A DNA stretch of 64,000 nucleotides. Origin: Octopus vulgaris (lineage: Eukaryota). Each line of letters begins with the position of its first letter. The stretch's first letter is position 1. Below the pieces are notes generated by a model. The model was not told the origin of the DNA and ran no database searches. It worked only from the letters and a program-made list of their open reading frames with translations. The position numbers and the translations under genes are program-made. The stretch spans positions 49,972,001-50,036,000 of the forward strand of contig OX597822.1 of the NCBI GenBank assembly GCA_951406725.2, written 5' to 3'. Shown here one piece after another: positions 54,060-64,000 of the stretch.

Positions 54060-54275
54060 TTATTCTTTCATTTTTTTCATTTACTTGTCTGCGGCCATGC
54101 TAAAGCAGCGGCTTGAGTCGAACAAATCAACCCCAGAACTTATTGATTTTAAGCCTAGTACTTATTCTATCGGTCGATTTTGTTGAACCGCTTAGTTACG
54201 GTGGAGGCAAAGACACCAACATCGGTTGACAATCGATGGTGGGGTGAAAAACACAGACACAAGCATACGCGCACA
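54060..54275 (-). mobile_element. SINE family B tail half
   Basis: CTGCGGCCATGCT...CGAACAAATC..CCCCAG.ACTTATT...AAGCCTAGTACTTATTCTATCGGTC. Confidence 0.75.
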
Positions 54276-54300
54276 CAGATATATATATGTATATACACAT

Positions 54301-54359
<59 letters not shown>

Positions 54360-54584
54360 ATGCCGCTTTACTTGTTCCAGTCATTAGACTACAGCCATGC
54401 TGGGAGACGCCTTGAATAAATGAAGTCGAACGAATCGTCCCCGGCGTTTCATTTTAATGCCTGGTAATTATTCTGTTGATCTGGTGAATCACTAAGCTTC
54501 AAGATCGTGAACACACCACAATTAGCTGCCAAATGACGGCGGGGTCAAATACTCACACAAAGGCGCACACACATACACACATTC

Positions 54585-55775
54585 ACGCGTGCTGTTGACA
54601 TCGTTTTATTGGACTTTGCCAAAGCTTTTGACTCGGTAAACCACCGCCTACTACTTGTCAAGCTTCAAGCATATAGTTTCCATCCGGATATTGTACGATG
54701 GGTTGGTGCCTTCCTCTCAGATCGCTCCTTCCAAGTCCAAGTTAATGGTTCGCGGTCCGACGTCTCCAGTGCGAGCAGTGGCGTGCCTCAAGGTTCAGTG
54801 CTTGGGCCCTTGTTGTTCTTAGTCTTCATAAATGACTTGCCCGACGACCTCACGCAACACACCATTCTATTTGCCGACGATATCAAACTGGTCGCTCCTC
54901 GCGGTAATATAGAGGATCTTCGTCGATACCTCCACCAAATTTGGAAGTGGTCTAACGATTGGGACCTGTGTCTGAACGTGTCAAAGTGCTGTCATCTGCC
55001 TGTCGGCTCTACTCCTGCAACTCAACTTGATTTCGAGCCGGGTCGTCTGCTGCTGGAGAGGACCGATCAGGTAAAGGACCTGGGTATCTTGGTGGATTCC
55101 TCCTTTTCGCCTTCGGCCCAGTGCGTCCATGCTGCCAACAAAGCACGCGGAATTCTGTTCTTGATTCGACGGTCATTCGGAATGCTCACAGCAGCCATAT
55201 TCCTACCACTCTATGTCACGCTGGTGAGACCCATATTGGAGTATGGGATTCAAGCCTCTTCTCCTTATCTCCTCAAAGACATACAGCATCTCGAAAGAGT
55301 CCAGAAGCTAGCTACCCGCATGGTGCATGGTCTCAAAAAGTTGTCCTACAAAGAAAGGCTGAGAACGCTCGACCTTTATTCTCTTGAAAAACGCCGCCGC
55401 CGTGGTGATCTCATTCTCGCCCACAACATCATAAGCGGAAAGTGTAACCTCTCGAAAGAGCTGTTCTTCACTCCTGCTCCAGAGCGTCGGCTGCGGGGTC
55501 ATTCCGAAAAGCTCTACCTGCGACGATTTCATCTCAATCGAAGGAGAGGAGCTTTCTCCGTCCGGGTTGCGGATCCGTGGAACAAGCTGCCAGACGAGAT
55601 GGTGAAGATGCCGACGACCGCCTTGTTCAAAGCTTCCCTGGACCTCAAGTGGCCTGAACTCTTTACATGAACACCACCCTGTACTTAACTCCATGTCCCC
55701 CTACATGGCCTTGCTATTTGCTTTTGAGCCAAATTAACTATCTAACTAACTAACTAACTAACTAACTACTACTAA
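54585..55775 (+). mobile_element. Young 5'-truncated CR1/L2-group LINE with (TAAC)n tail
   Basis: Open RT frame, short 3'UTR with hairpin CCATGT-CCCCT-ACATGG at about 55691-55708, (TAAC)n at 55734-55775. Visibly more GC-rich than the flanks. Confidence 0.95.
54609..55670 (+). CDS. Reverse transcriptase C-terminal part of LINE ORF2 (truncated, no true start)
   Basis: LDFAKAFDSVNH, SGVPQGSVLGPLLFLVFINDL, LFADDIKL, KDLGI, YVTLVRPILEY, LERVQKLATR, RRRRGDLI, LRGH, FSVRV..WNKLP. No stops in 353 aa. Confidence 0.93.
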   Translation: MDFAKAFDSVNHRLLLVKLQAYSFHPDIVRWVGAFLSDRSFQVQVNGSRSDVSSASSGVPQGSVLGPLLFLVFINDLPDDLTQHTILFADDIKLVAPRGNIEDLRRYLHQIWKWSNDWDLCLNVSKCCHLPVGSTPATQLDFEPGRLLLERTDQVKDLGILVDSSFSPSAQCVHAANKARGILFLIRRSFGMLTAAIFLPLYVTLVRPILEYGIQASSPYLLKDIQHLERVQKLATRMVHGLKKLSYKERLRTLDLYSLEKRRRRGDLILAHNIISGKCNLSKELFFTPAPERRLRGHSEKLYLRRFHLNRRRGAFSVRVADPWNKLPDEMVKMPTTALFKASLDLKWPELFT

Positions 55776-56003
55776 ACACACACACACACACACACACATG
55801 TATCATGCTTTTTTTCAGTTTCCATCCACGAAATCCACTCAAAAGCTTCGGTCAGCCCAATGCCATAATAGAAAACTGCCCAAGTTGCCACGCTGTGAAA
55901 AGTGGACCGGAACCATGTGGTTTTGAAGCAAGCATTTTACCACACTGAAACACTTCTGCACTTATATATAGAGAAGCGCAGTCAGAGATTTAAATTATAC
56001 ATA

Positions 56004-56065
<62 letters not shown>

Positions 56066-57214
56066 CAAAAAAAAACAAAAAACATGTGTATATATACCTA
56101 AACATTTATGGACATACACATATATGTGTGTGTGTGGGTGTTTATCTGTGTGTGTATACTTATATACATGCATATATATGTATATTTGTGTTTGTGTCTG
56201 TGTCTCGGCTGAATCGCGATTGCTCAGCCTTAATTGTTGCGTCTTCCCACGCTCTGAATTTAATTTTCAAATAAAATTCTAGTCATTTAGAGGAGTTCAT
56301 TCTTGTCTTTCCTCGTCAATCTTTCTTCGTGTTTGTCTGACTTACTCTCTTCTGGAAAACCTATCTATAGGATGAGCTCCGGCATGTCTCGAAATGCCAA
56401 GTGCCAAAATCATGTCGGTGCGCAACGACACCAGAAGGAGTTGATGGCCCATGTAAGCTACATAAGTATAGGTTAAGTGCATATGCGTAAGAAAACATTT
56501 TCCTCAAAACAACTCCTCGAATGCTTTTACCGTATTATATTTATGATTTTAGGGCGAAGAATTGTCATCTTAAATAATATAGGAAGATTTTTCAGAATGA
56601 ATTATTTCGCAACATTTGAAGATTAATTTTAGGTTTAGCGTTTATACCTGTGCTCATATAAACGGGATTTGTAGAAAAGTAATTTTAGTGAACATCCTTT
56701 CAGAACGTTGCAAAGCTGATTACGAGAACGCTACACACATACACATGCATTCGATTCCCCCCACCACCACCACACACACACACTCAGACATGTCTTTGTA
56801 AGATTGACATAATTGACATTCCGGCTATACATAACTGACATTTTCGTTTTGTATCATTAGAAGTTCATTGTGTAAGTTAAAACAATGATACATATCGTGT
56901 TATTTAAAAAGGAGGGCAATCATTAGCCAATAAATCGAAAATATAGTATAGAACCTAGATATACTTTTAAATCCACATATACAATTTGATAGTCAAGTAT
57001 ATTTTATATACTGTTATAAGGATTAGTCAAGACATTCATATTCATAATAAAGATATTTTCTCCTAATAATTCGAAATGTTAGAAATGTTAAAACTGTCCT
57101 CAATGTTTTGCAACAATTACATCACGGTTTTTATTTTTCAGTTAATTGTAATATTATAACGGATTGTAATATGTATAACTGTAATATGTATAACTGAAAA
57201 AACATTTTTACTAC

Positions 57215-57815
57215 TTTTGGAAGACAACTTTTAAATACTGCGCAAAGGCGACAACATTTGGATCTGTTTTGAATGAGACAATATCTCGGTGGAAAGCTTT
57301 GGTTAAAATATTTCGGAGTATATTGATGGCGACCATATTTGGAGATAATATGATGGCAGCGATGTTTAGTGATAATGTGTTGGCTACGATATTTACTATC
57401 AAGTGCTGGTGACAATGTCTGTCTGTAAATGGCAACATTGTTCGAGTAAAACGTGGTGGTGACGATATTCGCGTGTAAAGTGATGGCAACAATCTTTCGG
57501 TATAATGCGATGAAGTCAGTTTTCATGTCCAACTGATGGGAGACAATGTTTAGGTGTAAGTTAACTGTGACATTGTTTTGGTGTGATGAAATGGGGATCC
57601 TATCTGCATATGATGCGATAGTGATAATTATTTATGACAAGGCAGTAATTCAATATATGTATGTAATGAGGTTGCAAACATTTTTTTGTCTAATGTGATA
57701 ATGTAATATCGTAAGTAGTTCCTTAGATAATATTTAGATTGAAACATGATGGTGATAAAATGTGTCTAAAGTGTTGGCAACTATGTTAACTGTAAGCAGA
57801 TGGTGACAACGTGTT
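57215..57815. repeat. Highly diverged ~27-bp tandem array (consensus about TGATGGCGACAATATTTNGGTGTAANG)
   Basis: Unit starts at 57324, 57351, 57378, 57404, 57427, 57454, 57481, 57508 and 57534, with weaker units either side. Confidence 0.75.
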
Positions 57816-58216
57816 TGCTTTTAAATTTAAAGACAAACTTTCGACTATCACGTGGCCTTGTGTTCGAGCTTGTATTGTAGTTTGAGGATGTTGTATACCT
57901 CAAATGCAGTATGTAAAGTCTAGCCCGTCGAAATTCATAAAAATTTTCCCTGATAGTCATCCAAATTCTTTCCTTCTACAAAGCTATGAGTCTTTGTTAA
58001 CAGACGTAAGCCAATGAAGTATTACAGTTGCTAGGAACCCGTATCCCATTGAATGCAGGTGAACATCTTATTTTTACAATGTGCACCCATCATTAAGAAC
58101 CATAGCTACTGTGCAATTTATCGTCCCTAATATGAACATTTTTATAGGACATACTTTCCTTCTTGTTACTCTACATCAGTTCGACCAGAAGAGGTATATT
58201 AATATTTATTTCTTTA

Positions 58217-58430
58217 TTGGCCACATGGGGGCTAAACATAGAGGGGAAAAAACAAAATGGATTAAGTCGATTACATCGGGCCCAGAGCGTAACTGGTGCT
58301 TATTTAATCGACACCGAAATGATGAACGGCAAATTCGATCTCCGTGGAATTTGAACTCAGAACGCAACGGCAGACGGAATACCGCTAAGCATTTCACCTT
58401 GCTTGCTAACGTTTCTACCACCTCGCCCGC
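58217..58430 (-). mobile_element. SINE family A (variant tail)
   Basis: Minus-strand head GCGGGCGAGGTGGTAGAAACGTTAGCA...AAATGCTTAGCGGTATT...TTCTGAGTTCAAATTCC. Confidence 0.85.
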
Positions 58431-60849
58431 TGACGAATATTAATATTATTATCCTATCTAAACTCCTCTTCATCTAATCATTCTATGATTAGTTATATTT
58501 GTATCACTTGATAAGATTTCAGTGTATATGATTATGCAGCATTTATTATCCCTATAACATATTTATTATATATTTTCTAAGTATTTCTCTTAATTTCTTC
58601 CCATAATTTCTATATTTTTAACTTGTTTAACGTGATTTGGTGTGAAACACATAATATCTTCGCCAATAATAACTGAAGACAAATGATAACATTTTAAATA
58701 TCGTTTTAAATTTTCCGTTTAATGATTTAGCTGTGTTGACATATTTATTAACAATGCTTGAGAAATTCATTATGCGGTAAACATATACCATGATACATCT
58801 ACTTGGCTTGCATATAATTCCGACCATAAATCTATATCGTTGGAGCTTCTAACATCCTTACTTCATTTCTTTAGGGAATATCCAATAATGAAGAATCTAC
58901 AAAACACATAATTTCACTTTCAAATTTGTAAGATTTCTTTCGTAATTATCAACATAATATCACTCAACTCAATTTACTTATTATCTCAGTGCATCTATAT
59001 CTTCCTCTTCCATTTTAGTTTATGAAATTATACTTACAAGACCATGCAATAAGTAGCTCTCTCATAGATAGAAGAATGTATAATTACTGCTTTATTGGAT
59101 TTAGTTTATTTTATATCAGTTATGTACAGATACCTTTTAAACACATGTTTGAAAGTAAACTATTTGGAATTTCTTGCCATCGGCATAATATAATTATTAA
59201 TCGATAAATGCTGCCCTAAATCTTTTACCTGGAAATCGCTAAATAACAATAACAAATAACATAAATTTTAATATATGTTAAATCCTTCAACAAATATGCA
59301 ATGGTTCTTGAACATATCATCACCAATCACTTTGCATCGCATTTGAAGTATCTTATCGATGCCAGATGTATTGTTAATTCAAATCTTCGCAAACGCAACT
59401 TGTCATTAACTAGCAGAATCATCTGGTGATGGGCGTATGTTAATTAACAAGGGCGAGTTTTTCTTGAACATAAAAGATTACATAAAAAGTTTCTATGTCG
59501 ACAGTTTCTATACATTTGCATATATTTGTTATGGTAAAACAAATATGTGTCTAAGATAAATAGTTCTTTAGAATATAGGCTTGTATTATTTCGGCTCATG
59601 CTTCTGATGTTTAGCTACTATACATTTCACTTTTAGCCAGTCTAATTGAGGTCAAGGGGGTTAGTACTCCTTATTTTGAACAAATTAACGAGGGCTGTTG
59701 TGGATACCCTGTGCAACGAGCTTCTGTACCTTCCAGATGATTTTTTGTTTGGTTGTTTTGCAATATTCATATGATATTTGGGAGAAACGTGTTCACATTA
59801 CTCATTCCGAGTCGCCTTTGACCACATTATTGCTCAGTCGTATTTTCATTTAAGGTATCCCATGCAAATGAATACAACTTGCCACTCATTTGTGGGTTCA
59901 GTGGCTTGTACAAACCTTCTAGGTTTTCAATTTGCTGCTGTTTAAAGGCAATTAGCTTAGCTGTTAGTTTATCTTGACCATATATCAGGTAGACTTTGGA
60001 TAATCTATGGAAAATTCGCAGCTGGTTGTTCAAGAAATAATTATTCCCCCTCCACTTGATGTTAGGATCTTGATGTTCAATATTTTTCTGAGTCTATACA
60101 TTTGTGTCCATAGTAAGTTGATAAATTGTGGCTGTGCCATCTAGTTGTGTACAGTTAACCGTTTGCGAATGGTTAACCACAGCACAGTATAGTAAATTAC
60201 TGAATGTCGAAAAGTCGGGATTTAGTATGCTTCGTATGTGTTCCTTGGCAACTCGATTGATTGAGGATGGCATCAAGTCGATAGGTGTTCTATCGATTCC
60301 TATTGTAAATGTTCTTTCATGTAATCTTTTATTAATGTAACTGGTAATGTTTTGTTTGAACTCTGCCGTCAGGTGTGCTTTCAGGTGTTTATACTTTTTA
60401 ATCATTTTAACTTTTGTTGTGAATGTGTGTGTGTGTGAATATATACATACACACACACACACTATATATATATATATATATATATATGTCTTTATATGTA
60501 TATATGTATTTATATATGTATATATATATGAAAAAATACGTATATATATATATATATGAAATATACATATACATAATATATACATATATATCTATTTATG
60601 TATGCATGTGTGTGTATATATGCATGTGTATGTGGGCATGTATTTGTATGTGTGTCTATGTGATTCTTTCTGTTTGCATTTGTTCTAAACATTCGCAACC
60701 GGTGTTGATACCTTTTAGGCTTCGTAGCTTAGGGATTCTGAAGAAGAAACGGACCGGCGTCGTGTTGGTGGACTGAACTCCTTAAAGTAGTGACTCAGTT
60801 CAGCCGCAGTCTTAGAGTTTAACTAGCAAAAGTATAGAATTGCGTATAT

Positions 60850-60885
<36 letters not shown>

Positions 60886-61042
60886 ATACACAAACACACA
60901 CACACAAAGACGTTATTTAAAACAGTTTAATTCGGATTTCGTACTACTTCAAGGTGCGCAGGTCCCTAACGGAGCCTGTCTTCAACGAAACATGGAATGG
61001 CCGAATGAACGGAGAGGTGCGTATATGTGTGTGTGTATATAT

Positions 61043-61238
61043 ACTCCTTTACTCTTTTACTTGTTTCAGTCATTTGACTGTGGCCTTGCTGGAGCAGCGC
61101 CTTTAGTCGAGCAAATCGACCCCGGGACTTATTCTTTTGTAAGCCCAGTACTTATTCTATCGGTCTCTTTTGCCGAACCGCTAAGTGACGGGGACGTAAA
61201 CACACCAGCATCGGTTGTCAAGCAATGCTAGGGGACAA

Positions 61239-61287
<49 letters not shown>

Positions 61288-61463
61288 CACACACACACAC
61301 ATATATATATTTGGTAGCTTCCGTCTACCAAATCCACTCACAAGGCATTGGTCGGCCCGAGGCTATAGCAGAAGACATTTGCCCAAGGTTCCACGCAGTG
61401 GGACTGAACCTGGAACCATGCGGTTGGTTAGCAAGCTACTTACCACACAGCCACTCCTGCGCC
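61043..61463 (-). mobile_element. Composite SINE family B, full length
   Basis: Near-identical to 36044-36472. Confidence 0.93.
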
Positions 61464-61464
61464 T

Positions 61465-62640
61465 AACAATTAAAGATAAAATCTTAATAAGAAATCTTAA
61501 CAAGATTGAAAAACCCCATAAGAGAAAAAAAATCTGAACATTTTTTCACTTGAAAATATTTATTTATATTATATAGAGGGCATTATTACACATAAATGCC
61601 ACAAGCTAGGAGGGACTTTCAAAGTCATTACTACAAAAAATAAACGAATCGTACCGAATGCAGCTCTCGAAACAAGACATTTAAAAACAGAATTTAGTTC
61701 CAGATCACCTGGAATGATGGGTCTGTATAAATATGGGCGATTAGGCGTGTACGCACACTGGATGCGTGTGTGTGTTCATACGTGATTGTTTATGCATGCA
61801 CTCACCGTATATGGACAGAAAATCAAGGATTTTGCGGGGTGCACAAGGCCATGTGGATCAGACTACGCTGACGTTGCGAGTTGGTGATTGTTGGCCCTGC
61901 TCTTGGAGGTCGTTGAGGGACACTCTCCTTACTGCAGCCAGTGTAGGGTAGTAGCTGATGCTAAGGTGGTTAGTCCAGATTGTCGGCGACCAGTGGCGTG
62001 AAGTTTAGCAGAAAGACATACATCAGGTAACAGCAGTAGGCCAGTTTGTATTTCTTGTTGGGGTTGGAGGTTGCACGGATTCATTTCTGTGTCTGTTGAA
62101 GCGTGCGATGATGTCTAAGCAGGAGTGTCTCACCTTGACGTTGTGTGGGTTATCTCACATTGATGTTGCAGTACATGTGGTCTCTGCGGAAATGATTCTT
62201 TATCAACGAGAGGATGCTACTTCCTATGTTAATGTAAAATTTTAGGCTGAGCAGAGGGTTCAACCAGATTATTTCCTTCTTACTGATCCTGTTGGTGTGT
62301 GGAGCGAGCTACTCAGTGAACCCACTTCTAGCCAAAGCATTATTGTAGTGAGGGCCGTCTCTACTAAAGATCTCCCTATCGACCGAGTACTTGGATATTC
62401 TTCTATTAATGCTTGAAAACGGTTTCTAATTACAGCGGGGGTAGGGGGATGGTTCGAGCTGTTGTGGGCGTATACTGTTTGGTCATTGAGCATGATGTAG
62501 GCGTAGTACATATCCGTTTTCAGGTCTAAGGTTACGTCCAAGAAATCGACCATGGTTATGTTGGTGGTAACCAATGTTGACAAACCGTATTACTTGAATA
62601 TTTCTATTAAGTTCCGCCGGAACTTGTCCATGGCGTGGCT
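61465..62640 (-). mobile_element. Penelope-like element, 3' part (RT thumb region to terminal repeat), degenerate
   Basis: ORF 62269-62583 has TNITMVDFLDVTLDLKT..YY.Y...NDQTVYAHNSSNHPP, a typical PLE RT C-terminus. Terminal-repeat motif at about 61575-61710 is shared with 16512-16740. Confidence 0.85.
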
Positions 62641-64000
62641 GTTCATATTCTTTATGTATGTATATGCGTGTGTGTGTGTATGCCCGTGTATACATATGTA
62701 CGTATTATATGTTTTCGTATCCTTGTGCTCCTCTCATTGACCTATCCAACTCACATATGTTTGTGTATATATATGTCCAACATCTGTGCTCATACATACC
62801 TACCTATGTACCCGCAGATCTACCTCCCTACATATCACTACCTACCTACCTACCTACCTACCTACCTATCTCTCTTTGTATCTGCATGTGTATACGTAGA
62901 TTTACCACTTATTTTACTACTGACGTAAATTACAAAACAAACTTTAGCAAAAAGAAATATTTCATATTTCCCAACAAATACTAGCAACCAACTGATTTTC
63001 ATAAGTTTACGAAAAATGGTCATCTCTGAAGTTATCCATCCTGTTTTTGTAGATGCTGCAAATTAATTTCTCATATAAAATAAAGTGCATATGAAGAAAG
63101 CGTAGCAAGTTGAACGGAGTATAAAGAAATGTGTTTAACATGTGTACAGAGTAGAAAGAAATGTGTTTCGCCAAAACCATGTTTGTGTATCAATATCCAG
63201 AATATCCAAAACAATTAAAATGAAATTTATCTACTTTCTACATACTATAACAAATAAAATATTCTGCAACAAGAATGCCCAAAATCTAGTTGTGTTAAAA
63301 ATAATACCATGTAAGTTAGAGGAATAATGTGTTTGTAAGTGCAAATATGATACAAAATAGAAATATAGAGAAAATACCAAAGTGAAAATTAAATAATTGG
63401 TATGCGAGAATTATGGAGGTCAATTGGTTGAATGGGTAGTACATTGCTGCAGCCCTGTCATCTTTTGTAAAGTGAGTTCAAAGACTGCCAAGGTAAATTT
63501 TACCTGTCATCATTTCAGTGTCGATAAATAAAATATATATTTCTCAATCATGAACTCGAGTCAATTCTTCTCTTTCTTCCAAACTTTGTGTCCTTCTGTT
63601 TCTTTTTCAGGAAAAAAAAATAATCTGTGACCAATCCTGGAGAAGCAAGGGTTCCGGCACGTCCATGGCTACTTTTGATGTATCGTATAAATAAAACATC
63701 CGTCCAAGAACTCTTTAAAGAAAATGAACATGCAAGGCATGTGACAAATGTACGAGTAGCACGCTAACCGATGGGGATTTACCTGGAAATAACAAATTTT
63801 TTCCCAAAATGAAAACACTACTCTAATTTAGTAAATGTCAGTTACGCTTCGGAGATCTCCTATATTCTACGAAAAATGATTATTTTAATCATGCGTCCTG
63901 CAAAATACCCGATTTGTGTACTTTTTCTCATTTTCTATATTATTGTCTGTATTTCAACATTTGTCGTTAAGGTTTCCTTCCGCAGGCTATCGTGTCGTTA

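Larger units (their letters stand above)
54365..55960 (-). mobile_element. SINE family B copy split by a LINE insertion (halves 54365-54580 and 55776-55960)
   Basis: The tail half lies left of the LINE and the head half right of it, each abutting the internal (CA)n tract. Confidence 0.75.

Noticed and set aside
55308-55694. 128-aa antisense ORF within the LINE
   Set aside because: Shadow ORF expected in GC-richer coding DNA; no motif.
56368-56400. GGATGAG...CTCGAAA hammerhead-like motif
   Set aside because: Core is AGGATGA rather than CTGATGA, and the stems do not pair convincingly.
57215-57815. CRISPR-like array
   Set aside because: Period is only ~27 bp, repeats are degenerate with no distinct spacers, there are no cas genes, and the context is eukaryotic.

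Overview
This is AT-rich, repeat-dense eukaryotic DNA, intronic or intergenic. Its SINE families, (TA)n/(CA)n/(TAA)n microsatellite load and transposon mix fit an invertebrate, most likely an octopus (my recognition of the repeats; not database-checked). I cannot support any intact host gene, and most ORFs in the track are microsatellite or SINE artefacts. Recognisable content: several tRNA-derived SINE families; degenerate DNA transposons (Tigger/pogo, two mariners, three Tc1/maT-like); a Gypsy gag-protease relic; three R4/Dong-type fragments; a decayed NeSL/Hero-like LINE; Penelope-like element (PLE) fragments; and one young 5'-truncated CR1/L2-group LINE with an open 353-aa RT frame. The most notable structural signals are: (1) several type I hammerhead ribozyme motifs in PLE-type repeats, one with its core intact at 41464-41524 (-) and several decayed; (2) recurrent fold-back inverted repeats, up to 99 bp with 4 mismatches; (3) a Dong insertion whose 5' junction carries 135 bp copied from downstream DNA; (4) a cryptic ~27-bp tandem array; (5) a candidate recursive splice site and a few candidate exons. 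PLE hammerheads are a known class. I found no convincing evidence for an entirely new biological system.
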